64,000 bases of DNA from Macrostomum lignano (Eukaryota). A program made the translations under genes and the position numbers. A model generated the notes under the pieces. The model did not search any database and was not told where the DNA came from. It saw only the letters and a list, made by a program, of their open reading frames with translations. The stretch is from NCBI GenBank assembly GCA_002269645.1, contig NIVC01000717.1, positions 124,001 through 188,000 of the forward strand, given 5' to 3'. This document shows positions 18,420 to 30,070 of the stretch, in pieces; position 1 is the first letter of the stretch; each line of letters opens with the position of its first letter.

Positions 18420-19150
18420 GCACCACCGCTTCGTTTGAAGCTCCAATGAGGGAACGGCGTTGCATGTAGAAAAAAAGACAAGGAGCCGAAAGTTCCAAAG
18501 ATGCATTGTAGTTAACTGGGCATTGTGTTTGCCAAAATGGGCCTTTAGCTCAGCCTCAACAAGTCTATGAGTTTTTATGGTAGTTTCCTTAATTGACATC
18601 CAGCAGACCTACATGCAGCTACTCACGGAATCTCCTAAGCAGTTTTCAGCCTTTGAATGGAAGCCAACCTCTTTAGTTAATGCGGATGAGTTGGTGAGGC
18701 CCTAGAAACATTAAACAACACGTTCTAAACTAGTGAAGGCATCGTCACCTGTCATGCGGTCTAAAAAGTCTGTCTTAGTTTGCTTAATTGGCATTTGCTT
18801 TCGGAATCCCTCAAGCAAGGGTTCGTCATGGACAAAAGGGAAGCGGAGCCGAGGGAGGGATGATGAGGATGTTTCTGAAATCCTTGCATAGCAACGCATC
18901 TACTCAAGCAGCATGCAGTTTTCAGCTAATTAGCGCCGCTGTAGCAGGCTTTCTGTTGCAAATAAGAAGGCCAACTTAAGTCAACCCAGAAACAGAGAGG
19001 CTTCTCGCTTGCTTTTGGTAGCTTTCTTCTGCAACATGTCTGCTTCTCTTATTGCTGCTGCAGTTCTCTTGAACTGCGTGTCTCCGATTTTGACTGCCGC
19101 CAGCTCACAGTCGGGTAGGTCAATTGTAAAATTTTCTTGCTGAAAGCCTA
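18420..19150 (-). mobile_element. Possible highly decayed Academ-like transposase fragment
   Basis: Frameshifted fragments LHAA(E)..RCYAR, DDAFTSL and ELKAHFG..RLLVFF resemble, from memory, the YHxxCY region of Academ transposases. Multiple stops. Confidence 0.3.
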
Positions 19151-19195
19151 CTTGATGAGTTAAAAATTGGAAGACAAATTGTTTTCATATTTCAG

Positions 19196-20468
19196 TGCTT
19201 TCGGCTGCCGAGGTTTCGCCAACCATAGCTGCTTCGATGACGTCAGAGCCTGGTCGAAGCGTTGTCGATTGCGCGATGAAATGCGAGCCCCCGTATATGC
19301 AATACTGCTCCGCTTTCGCCTTTGTCCCTGAGAGTAAGGTCTGCCTGCTCACGGAGACGCAGAATGCCGACTTCTCATCCGCCGCTCCTAGCGGCTTGGT
19401 TTATCGAAAGAGCATCGACAGCGATAGTGAGTTGTGGGGAAATTAAATGGGATTTAAACAAATACGCGAATAAACTGTAGCTTGTATTAATTAAAAGCCA
19501 TAAAAATATTTACACTGAACATCTTTACATCGAACATCAAATTTTGCGTCTATTTCAGAAAAGATAGTTGTGATTGACGGCAAGACATTCCAAGTGATCG
19601 AGCACAGATCGAAGGGCGAGCTCAGCTTTGCCAGGGGATGGACTCAGTATGAGGACGGATTTGGAGATGAGACAGACTTCTGGATCGGTAAGCAGAATTA
19701 ATTGTTTTAATGAGATAAGGCCGGGGAATATAGGAATAAAACGCTATGTGTGGAAGAAGGGTCTATGAAATTTGCTTGCAAGAAGTTTGCTTGCGGGACT
19801 TTTGCTTGCGGAAATTTTCTTGCCGAAGTCTGCTTGCCGAAATTTGCTTGCCCAATCTCGGCAAACTTCTGCAGATTGCCGAGTTGCCGAATTGCAAAAT
19901 GCCACAAGCAAAGCTCGGCAAGCAAAGTTCGGCAAGCAAAATTCCTGCAAGCAAAGTTCGGCAAGCAAACTTCCCGCAAGCAAACGTCGTACTCCCGTGG
20001 AGGAATGGTACGACGGTAACAAAAGCAACTGTAATTTTAGGTCTTCGCACAATCCACAAGCTAACTGGCAGCTCACCGAAGCTTCTACGAGTCGAAGCCG
20101 TCACCTGGTCGGATGAGCTGTACGTCAGCGAGCACTCCGGCTTCTCTGTGGCCGATGCCAGCACCAACTACAGAATGACCTACACTTCGTAACTGAGCAA
20201 TAGCTCCAACACGACTAGCAACCCACTTGTTAATCTGAATGGAATGCAGTTCTCTACCATGGACCGCGACAACGATGAGGGCCATAGCTTTTGTGCCACT
20301 CAGCGCGGAAACTCGGGCTGGTGGTGCAATCACTGTAGCAGGTCCGTTCCGAATGGGATCTATTTCAACTCTGCTGTGGTTCACCACGAAAGCATGCACT
20401 GGGGTGGCACCGCAGCCCAGGATAAAACTGCGCTGAAGAGCATGCGAATGATGATCCAGCTGGCTTAA
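19196..20468 (+). pseudogene. PAN/apple + fibrinogen C-terminal (FReD) gene, exons 19196-19426, 19559-19687, 20041-20468; in-frame TAA at 20190-20192; first exon not found
   Basis: PAN-like CAMKC..CSAFAF..C, FReD motifs FARGWTQYEDGFG..FWIG, GMQFSTMDRDND and GWW. Intron phases (1,1) are consistent. The ORFs either side of the TAA share one frame. Confidence 0.8.
19759..19996. mobile_element. Fold-back-like MITE made of opposed TTTGCTTGC / GCAAGCAAA subrepeats, in a FReD intron
   Basis: The left half has tandem TTTGCTTGC units and the right half their reverse complement. Imperfect ends GGGTCTATGAAATTTGCTTGC / GCAAGCAAACGTCGTACTCCC. No TSD identified. Confidence 0.6.
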
Positions 20469-22485
20469 TGTCGCGTAGCTGGAGACAATCGTTAACTAAT
20501 AACAAGTGTACTTTCTGTGTTGTAGTTCATTTTCGCCTCTTCAGTGAACTACTCAATAGTAGGGACAGGAAATAAAAAAAATTAAGGCCGATCTATTAAT
20601 TACTAAGTAATTAAAAACCTATCCAAGTCATGGCTTTGGATAACTAAGCATATTGAGTAGTTCCTGCGTCTCATATATGCTTAAAAATAAAGTTTTTCTT
20701 TCTAGGATATTTTATTATAGAATCCCAGATTTAATGTACCAACTAATATTATATCCGATTCCTGAAAACGCATGTAAAACCGATCTCTTGATGATACTGA
20801 ACCAATTCAAAACTTTAAACTAAAACATATTGATTTTCTGTTGTCGGTTTTTATTAGATCACGACGTAATATATAATGTCTTACAGTTTGAAAGAAACAA
20901 AATAAATATATTTAACATCTACTAAAGATCATATAGTTCACTTAATTTCCTATGACGGTCTATTATCACTGAGTCTGAATCTTTTACGCATCCAGAAATA
21001 GGACCAAATTTGATTTAAAATCCTTTACCTGTCGCTTTCGATGCCAAATAGTTAAAGGAAGTGATCCTCAGTCAACTTTCCTATTTTAACCATTGGAACT
21101 TTTATGATTTATGACCATCGTAGCTGCGTTTCTGGCTCAAGATAGTTTAGCATTTTGACATTCCTAGTTTGCCCCTTACCATTTAACTCACTTTTCATTA
21201 TGGTTTATAATGGGCGCCGAGCTGTTCTATAGACACCTGGACGTCACAGGGCGTCTGAAAGAGTCAATTTTGGCTTGTTTTCCAACAAAATTGATCTATC
21301 TGAAAGCTGTACCAGCCCCCATTATCGGCGAGAAAATCCAGCTGGGGCTATAGAAGAGCAACATCAGCCTGCTTCACTATAGCCGCAGCTTCATCCACGA
21401 CGATCGTCTAGCTGCCTCCTTGCAATTCGCATTATTGCACCTGGTGCACATGTAGGACCCATACTGCTTTTTGAGTAATCCAAAATCATAGAGTATGTGT
21501 TCCGTTGTATTACTCTTAGTAGTCTAGTAGACTGGTCCTTTGGAAATTCCGCAGAAATCATGCACCCTCGACGTACTCGACGTACTCATGTTGAAGGACG
21601 TCGCTAAAACTCGCTACAGCATAACAACTATTACGCTGACGGATAAACAACGTTGTACCTAATATCAATCAGTCAGTTTCTGAAAACATACAAACCCATT
21701 CAACAGGCATGCACTTTTAGTGCTGTCTAATTAAGGCGGCAAAGCGGCAGTAATAAGTGTCATTAAATTGTTACTGTAGTCTAGGATCTTCTGAGAAGGC
21801 TCTCTGATAGTCCTGGTCCCTGGATCAGCGCTACCTGCCCGACAAATCTATTTGACACATTTTAGGCCAATTTAATGTTATAGTGAGCAAGTATAACTTG
21901 TAAATGAATTTTCTAGGTATTCGATTAATTATGTAACATGCATCAGTGCATTCTGTGGTGTAAAAGAGACTCGACAGCAGAAGCAGAAAACCCGCTGCAA
22001 GAAGTTCTCATGCAGCTCTCTGTATCTACAGCTGTACTATACATGGTCCCTTAATCGCGGCAGTGCATGACTTCGAGATTGACAGCTAAAATTGACACTA
22101 TTGGCAGGTTATACTGAATAGAGCACTTTTACTTGGAAACCCAATTTTGAAAGATCGAGCTTATAGCAATTGTTAGGTGAGCCAGTTTGCAGGGTCGGTG
22201 GCAAGCGGATTAGCTCCAAAACGACTACACAAGAAACGTCAACTTCGTTAACATTCCTACAACGTTGCATGACACAGTAGGTTAAACGACCAGCTTCTGC
22301 ACTATGAGGCCCGAAAATCTCCCTGATCAAATGCTAAATATCCATAATATAATACATGTATATGTAATGCGCTGTTAAAAAATATTTAATTAATTCAAAA
22401 CGGTAATATATTTCTATATAGTTAGCCATATAATTCCTTAGCGTTCCCTAAGAAATTTACCGTTTTAGGTAGTTACTGATTTGTT

Positions 22486-22763
22486 GATTTGCCCAGCTAG
22501 GGAAGCTCACACTCTACGTGTGTGGCTATATGAATTTGAATAAATTCTGGCCGGAGTGCACGACGCGTGTATATACATACAAAGATCGATTCTCTCTCTG
22601 CGTGTGCATGTGCTACCACATGTACATGTGCATGTGATTTGCCCAGCTAGGGAAGCCCACACTCTATGTGGCTATATGAATTTGAATAAATACTGGCCGG
22701 AGTGCACGACACGAGTATATACATACAAATATCGATTCTCTCTCTGCGTGTGCATGTGCTACC
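22486..22763. repeat. Tandem duplication, 150-bp period, 2 copies
   Basis: gatttgcccagctagggaagc..gcatgtgctacc recurs at 22486 and 22636. Confidence 0.85.
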
Positions 22764-25432
22764 GCAAGATTTACATTGACTGCATAATACATCAATCTAT
22801 AATTGCTACATAGATCTTGTTTTGGCGTCTTGTCCTGGATCATTTAATCCATTTTTCAAAGCGTCGAACGCACGCAATATTTATAAATAATTATCGCAAC
22901 ATCAAGGTATAAGCAAAAAACGTTATAGATATCTATTTTAATATTTTAAAGCATCTTTTACAGTTTTAAGCTATAAAAATAAAAATAAATAAAAAATAAA
23001 CCCAAAGCAAGCAAAATTTGGTATACTGATTCTTTCTTGTCTTTTTCCTAGAAACGCGGTAATTTAAGTCGATGGGAGTGCGACCCTTAAAATTAAAAAA
23101 TATCAGTCAGACAGACCAAACCTTCAAACGTAAACAACGATAATGCTGAAGTTCTAACTAACAAGTTAACGTCTAAATCAATGCAAGCTCAAGTTACTTG
23201 CTTAGTTTTAACATAACTTACTAAAAAAATTAATGTTTGAATATTTTTCCGTATTAAATGCAAAGATTAAATTGCTGCTAAATAAATAATGCGGAGGTAT
23301 TAGCATTTGTGTGCTTAATTGGTAATTATATTTAAACTATTAAAACTCATCCACAAGTCGTTGTCGCTTTTTTAAGTATAGGAATATTTTTTTTCTTAGG
23401 CTAACTTAGTGATTTATGTTCTGAGCTTAATGGATGCTGGTCCATCTGGATCTGGTGCAAGTTCAAGCCCTACTTCAAAATTAACTCGGAGCACTGCCAA
23501 ACTTGATGGAACAGTTCAAAATGTAGGCACAGACGCTGACAACAGAGACAAAATTATTGATTCAAGTCGACAGCAAGATGAAGATCGCCATAATGAACAG
23601 CTCAGACAAGGTAAACCCAAAAACTAAAAGTGTTTTGTTATTGCTAATATTTGACAATTTGTCCTGGTATTAAAGTTTAATGCATTCTTTTAGATTAAAA
23701 TTGGTCAGTTACAAAAATTGCAGTTGGTTTTGAATGAAGAAAGACAAGTAAAGGTTTTTATTTTTCTAAAGGGTTTACTTGCTAGAATTTTAGCAAATTT
23801 AACATTTTAAAAATATTATAAATTCAAAGTTTAGATTTGATATCACTAAAAATTGACTAGTATAATATTATTCTAAAATGTTATTAAAATTTTTGGATTA
23901 TAATCCTCAAACATTGGCATCTAGCAAGTATGCATGTTTGGCATAGTTTTTAGTAAATGGCAGGAATATCTATGACTCTTATCGGCAATCCTACACTTCC
24001 GTTCGGTAAATTATTTTGACATTTGAATTTTGAATTTGAAACCACTGCATTGCAGACAGCATGTCCTGGGTGACGATGAGCAGATCCCGTAGCGACATGT
24101 TGAGATTGAGTAGCTCGGCGGTGTTTCGAACCTCGTTTAACGGGATGATGAACCTGGGTGCTGCAGGTCGCCCAGCCATGGCAATGAAGACAGGAAGATA
24201 TGAGAAGCTCAATAAAACAAACTGTCAAAAAGCTAGACGAGTAAGGAGATGGATCAGCTTCTCTGTTTGAACTGACTGGGGCTAGGAAAAAGAATGTTTC
24301 TTATACTGTTCGTGCTGCCCATTCCTTTTGTACAGGGACCAGTATGCTTCCGACCGGAAAAAATATCTATGGCTCAGTCAGAAGCCAAATAGTCTATGGT
24401 TTAGACTATAGTTTAGTTTAGAATAGTTTGCACCCCTTTAAACTCTGTTCGCTCAAACTTTTGGCCATAGACACATTGCCAATCAATGTCATTTGACTCG
24501 GTGGTACGAATTCAAATGTGAAAATAATTTACCGAACGGAAGTGTAGGATTGCCCTCTTATCCCTATTAGAATAAATGTTAAAAACCCGTGGACGCGCAC
24601 TTTAGAAAAGAGTCAAACTATTTTACTGCGCTTTAGGATTATTAGAGATGTTCCAAAAAATCTGCAGTTTTGTCAAAATCAAAATTTGCTAACTTTCCAA
24701 AATCAAAATTGAAATTTCCCAAAATCATAATTTAGAAAAACAAAGTTTAGTATGATCAACACTCACTTTTTTACTTTCAATTTATTGCTTGAGCAAAAAG
24801 TAATACATGTATATGTAGTAGAAAGTAGTTTTATTTTTAGCAACTTTTTAGACACAACCAAAATTTTCACTTCTAAATTTTTTTTGAAATTGAAATTCGC
24901 TCTAAAAAATTCAAAGTATGGAAAATTGAAATTGAATTTTCAGAACATCTCAAAGCTTAATAAATTACGAGTTTATAAGCCCCTTCAACAGAGGCATTAT
25001 ACCCATTTCCATGTATATGTATTTGCTAGAGCAGCAGCCAGTAATAAAGGGCAGCGTGTACGCAGACGATGCGCCTGTGCGCGCGCTATGCTTTAGAAAA
25101 ATTTCAAAAGTATGCCAGACACCGTCTGCAGTTTTACAACTTTTTCCTATAGGGACTCTTATCAAGGCTAAATGCCTCATCATTTAATTAGTACTTTGCC
25201 TATATTCAGTGCAAAAGTTAATGTTTTTTGTCATGTCTCATTTTTGAGCTACAATTTTAGACCTAATGTTACATGTCTAAAGGTTTTCTATATAGGCCTA
25301 ATTTATTTATTCTAATAGGGATATCAAATTTTCAAGATTTTTTTTGACTTGAGATCTAGGCCTATACTTTTAACTTTAAGATAATTGACATACAAGCCCA
25401 ACCTCAAAATTTCACCCATCTAGTGCAACTTA

Positions 25433-25800
25433 TTTTTTTTTTATTAGAGGCAGGGGGGTTGTGTGCACCCTGGCGCACTTTAAGCGTCATAGGCACACAA
25501 CCGGCGAGAGGCATTGCTGCCCATTCCGCCGACTCCCCTGAGCAGGCATACAAGCGCGCGGATACGTACACAGGCACACACTCACACAGGAGTGTACAGC
25601 GGCCCTAACTTTATATTATCGTTAGGCATGTACACTTCACTGCGCCTTGGTGGGTTGGCTCTCAAGGCCGCTAATTGCACGAGCAGAGCCAAGCCGAGAT
25701 TCCAATTCAGCCCCAAATTAATGTGACTGCACTTGGAATCGAGCCTGGGTCGCTGGCACACTAGAGCAGCTGCGCTACCGCTGGGCTACGGCCCCCCTCT
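25433..25800 (-). mobile_element. tRNA-derived SINE, family B, with a 13-bp TSD
   Basis: The minus strand starts GGGGGGCCGTAGCCCAGCGGTAGCGC (A-box-like), has GGCTCGATTCC (B-box-like) and ends in an A-rich tail. It is flanked by CTAGTGCAACTTA at 25420-25432 and 25801-25813. Confidence 0.85.
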
Positions 25801-27354
25801 CTAGTGCAACTTAGTTTTGTCTAGATTTGCAACTTAATTTCTCAAAATTGCAATTTAGTTCCCCTGATTGCTACTTAATTTTTATTTTGTATGACTTTTC
25901 TTGCCTTTTTCTCTTTCTTTTCTTTCTCTTTCTCTTCTCTTTTTTCTCCTTCCTTTCTTTTCTCTTTCTCTCCCTCTTCCTTCTTTTTTCCAATTTTTCA
26001 TTGTTTTGCATTTTTGATTTTGCAACTTACCTTGGCCAGTGGCCATTTCACTCATTTGGTTTGGATGGACATGGATTGGATATGTGTTGGGCATATATGA
26101 TAATTGATATTCAAGATTAAGCCTAACTTGCATATACTTGGCCTATTTATTTATATTTTTATTTATTAATATTATTATTATCACTTGTTAAATGTATACA
26201 ATGATGATAATAGAAAGATAACAATAATTACTTAATATTTGAGCTTGTTAATAACTTGGTGTATATCAAATGTAAGTATGATAACATTGGTAAGCTTGTC
26301 TCTAGTTTGTTTTGCAATTCTATTTTCAAGTTTGATTTGGTACCACAATATAATACCTCTGGCTCTGGGCACTGGATAGAATAGTTGATAGAAAATTAAA
26401 TAGAGCAGTAGCTAGAATATTAGATAAAGCAATAGATAATGCAACAAAAGTAGTGATACGAGGGGCACTACAAAAGTTTTTAGCTACATCTAAACGGAAG
26501 CATCTATGAAGCTGAAAGGGGATGTGAACTTAAGAGTCAAAATGGAGCCTGAAGCATTGGGTCCCGATTTCTCTACGCCAATCCCTTTATTTGGAGCCAA
26601 CTAGCTCCCGTTATGCCGAAAACCCGACCACTTCAGAATTTGGGGATCTCTGTGGGGAGAAAGGGGATAAATGGGGATTTCATATGAACTTAGGGCTATA
26701 GAATGGAGCCTGAAGCATTGGGTCCCAATTTCTCTACGCCAATCCCTTCATTTGGAGCCAACTAGCTCCCGTTATGCCGAAAACCCAACCACTTTAGCAT
26801 TTGGGGATCTCTGTTGGGAGAAAGGGGATAAATAGGGATTTCATGTGAACTTAAGGCTCTAGAATGGAGCCTGAAGCATTGGGTCCCGATTTCTCTATGC
26901 CAATCCCTTCATTTGGAGCCAACTAGCTCCCATTATGCCAAAAACCCGACCACTTTAGCATTTGGGGATCTCTGTGGGAAGAAAGAGGATAAATTGGGAT
27001 TTCATGTGAACTTAAGGCTCCAGAATGGAGCTCAAATGAGGCCAGCAGACCAAACCGACTGGAATCGATAACTTGTCGCCCCAGATGACTATAACCATCT
27101 GGAAATTTAGCCCTGTACTCCTATTTAATGAATGAGAAGTCAAAGAGCAATTGTATTTTAAATGCATGTAATGTCTTTGTACACTCGTATTATTATATTT
27201 ATTATTGCAGCACTCCTTTATTAGTCGGAAGCAAATATAAAATATTTTTAATTAACAAGTTGAAGGTTTTGAAAAAAAATTACTTTAATGTTTGTCATCT
27301 TGAAAGCAAAATGCGCTTTAGCTGTCGTCATACTAGTAGCAGCTCACTAACTGC

Positions 27355-28189
27355 CTAAGCCTGCACCATTGCGATCAATGTAAGGAATCCTGTTTCATGA
27401 ACAAATGGATTCCAACCTGGTTCAATCCTCATGTCATCGATTTTATACCAGACGTTGCTTTTAAAGATGCAGCAGGTGTAGTGCCCTTCTTGCATAGAGC
27501 GGCCTTAATGCGAAATAGTAAACACTGGGCAACCAAGGGACGAGACACTTCCTGCTCGATCTGACCAATTGATACTCGTGTGCAGCTTGTGCCCATTAGA
27601 TCCCGTCTGGTTAATGTGCAGCAGTGTCACTCTCCCGGCAACAGCTTTTACTTCTTGGACGGACTCACCATTGCACTCTGGATTCACACATTGCAAACGC
27701 TGTGGTGTTTGTTGTCCACGCATTGTAGAGGTTCTCAATGTTGATTGGTGCACTTGAAAACTGCTGTAATGCGATTGAAATCACTCTGCCATCGATGGTT
27801 CCATTGGGAAGCTCTTCAATGGAGCTGAGGCAGCTCTGGCAAGTTCGAACCAGAGAAAACTCTGTGAGACTGCGCGGCTCCAGTTCCATTCGCTGCAGAA
27901 CGCACTGCAGCAGTTCATTCATGCAGTGCTGCTGTCTAGGCGCGAATTGATCTGGTAGTTGGCCTCTCAATGCTTCCAAAAACCGATCTACGCTGGCAGG
28001 CCCTGTCGCCATGGCGGTCAGCAGGTCTCTCATGGCGTTATGTACCATACCGCCATTCACAGGCAATATGATCTTCATGTCGTATTGAAGAAAGTGAAAG
28101 AGCTGCACGACAACATTAGCGTAACATTGCAGACCTCTATTTGAGAGACCGACAAGTCTCGGATTCTGCGAACGGCCAAAGTCTGACTG
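27355..28189 (-). pseudogene. Ubiquitin-specific protease (peptidase C19/USP) domain inside the transposon, in frame with the transposase; one frameshift (~27720) and one internal TAA (27505-27507)
   Basis: Cys box PRLVGLSNRGLQCYANVVVQLF, QQ-box-like PRQQHCMNELL, Zn-ribbon-like CQSC and CVNPEC, and His box H*GRSMQEGHYTCCIFKSNVWYKIDD. Terminal TAG at 27355-27357. Confidence 0.82.
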
Positions 28190-30070
28190 TTAAGTCTCAT
28201 GTTGACTCTGCTGATCTTGACGATGATGTTGGGGATGCTGGCTCCGGTCCCGTTGGCTGTTTTGGTGAGCCTGAGGTGTTGTTTCATCTACACTGCCATA
28301 TAATCTGGAAATGAGTACGCGCGGAAGGACAGAATCAACGAAACGAACTCTTGCACCGGAATTCTTGTAACTTTGAGGCTCGTAGGCGTAGCAGCCTAAT
28401 ATCTTCAGCACGGCCATGACATGGCAGTCACAACCTGCTGTTTTGCTACCGGCAACTGATGTCGTGTAGTAGCCATGTAGAAATTGCAGGCCAGAATCTC
28501 GAAAGCCAAATCGGTTGCCATAGGGAGTTTTGCAGATTCGAAGAAGTACGCGATAAATCTTGGACTTGTGACGCGAGAAGACAGCAGCCAAATAGATCCA
28601 TGATGGTTGCCATTGGCCGAATTTGCTGCTCCAGTTGGTTGGCTGAGTCACTTGCAGGAACTTCCAGCATTTCAAATGACTGGGTAATTCTGATGTTAGA
28701 GCCTCAAACTGTTGCCAGGAGTCACCATCATAGCTGCCGAGTACTTCCCTGACTCGAATATTTTGAATGTAGCTGTCAGACTGTTCAAGCTGATATGGTC
28801 CCACTGACACCTCCTCTAGATTTTCGGGACAGATTCTGGGAAACCCAGAGCTTTGAGGATCTAGCGGATAAACCACGGTCCAAATCCTGGAGCTAGCAGT
28901 AGGAATTCGCGTTAGATCGCAGTTGTAGCCCAACTGCTCAATTTCATCCAGTTCGTTTGATAAAAACACACGTTGTGTAAAGTTCTGGCCGTATTCAAAG
29001 AGCGAGAGCCCGGACCATGATGGCAGAAGCTTTCTATGCGACTCAAAACCCGGATGCGTGCGATTGTACATGGCCATAGAATTCTCGATGACAACATCGA
29101 GGCGGCTGCGATCACAGAACATCGCAGGCTGCAGCCACTGATATGGTTCATGTCTTTCGTTGATGCACTTGTCTTGCTTGATTGCAGCAAAGCTGCACTC
29201 GACAAGATAACGAAACATTGTTGCACAGCGACTTGTGTTGGCTTCCAATGCCGTTAGCTTTCCAGTGATTGGTCGTCCTTGTTTTGGAACTTGGTTCTCA
29301 ACAAGTTCAAAATTCTCGTTTAGCACCTCGTCACCTGGACCAGTGGGAAAGAGGAGCGATGTATTGCCTTCGCTCTCTCTCTTTACAAAATCAGCGAAGT
29401 TTAAACTCGTTGGAGAGCAGGGCTGGCGTGTATAGCCTTTATCAAAGATAGCGACAACCTGAAAGGCACTGCAACCTGAGCACAGAATTCGTAGTAAATC
29501 TGCTTCAATTGTGCCACTTGCCTCCATTTCGAGTTGTAGTGCCGTCAGGTTTCCATCGCCAAGAACTGGTGAGATAGCGCCTGTTAGCGGCCCACAGTAG
29601 ATTATGTGTCCATGGCTGTTTACAATAGCCATCTTTTTTGTCACATTACTACTTTTGTGAGCAGAGTAGGTTCGGGTCTGAGCGTGGTGGCAGCTGCTCT
29701 TATGAAGATAAAAATAGGTGTGGTCTCCGACAAGCAATACCAGCTGCTTTCCTTTTAGCAGTCGATTGAAAACTCCAAGGATGAACTCGTCTCTCACCAC
29801 ACAGCGTTTCAACAAGCCAGATGGATCATCGCTTCTGGCAAGGAACCGTGGGTGGAAAGGATCATGGCGATACTGCTGCTCTGCTAGTTCCCAAAAAATA
29901 TCGCAAGCTCGACGGCCAGATATGTTAAAGTCAAAAGCCAGAGCTTCGAAGCTTTGACCCTGTCGTATCTTCTTCAGATAAATAAACACGCGATTCTCCT
30001 TAGACAGAAAGCGCAATCGTATAGTATCCGGAAGAAACGCGCAAAAATCATTAAACTGGTTTCGATCCAT
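28190..30070 (-). CDS. Harbinger/ISL2EU-like transposase (HTH + DDE_Tnp_4-like + degenerate SWIM-like C-terminus), 626 aa
   Basis: HTH-like YLKKIRQGQSFEALAFDFNIS; candidate triad D116 (VGDHTY), D210 (IFDKGY), E291 (RYLVECSF); QTRTYSAHK..K motif; C-terminal GYYTTSVAGSKTAGCDCHV. The frame is open ~37 codons upstream of the ATG. Confidence 0.85.
   Translation of the reverse strand: MDRNQFNDFCAFLPDTIRLRFLSKENRVFIYLKKIRQGQSFEALAFDFNISGRRACDIFWELAEQQYRHDPFHPRFLARSDDPSGLLKRCVVRDEFILGVFNRLLKGKQLVLLVGDHTYFYLHKSSCHHAQTRTYSAHKSSNVTKKMAIVNSHGHIIYCGPLTGAISPVLGDGNLTALQLEMEASGTIEADLLRILCSGCSAFQVVAIFDKGYTRQPCSPTSLNFADFVKRESEGNTSLLFPTGPGDEVLNENFELVENQVPKQGRPITGKLTALEANTSRCATMFRYLVECSFAAIKQDKCINERHEPYQWLQPAMFCDRSRLDVVIENSMAMYNRTHPGFESHRKLLPSWSGLSLFEYGQNFTQRVFLSNELDEIEQLGYNCDLTRIPTASSRIWTVVYPLDPQSSGFPRICPENLEEVSVGPYQLEQSDSYIQNIRVREVLGSYDGDSWQQFEALTSELPSHLKCWKFLQVTQPTNWSSKFGQWQPSWIYLAAVFSRHKSKIYRVLLRICKTPYGNRFGFRDSGLQFLHGYYTTSVAGSKTAGCDCHVMAVLKILGCYAYEPQSYKNSGARVRFVDSVLPRVLISRLYGSVDETTPQAHQNSQRDRSQHPQHHRQDQQSQHET

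Noticed and set aside
21200-21460. GC-richer patch that might be a coding or TE fragment
   Set aside because: Stops interrupt it and no motif was recognised.
23409-23760. Possible exons (MDAGPSGSG.. and IKIGQLQK..)
   Set aside because: Splice phases do not chain in the long frame and there is no recognisable domain.
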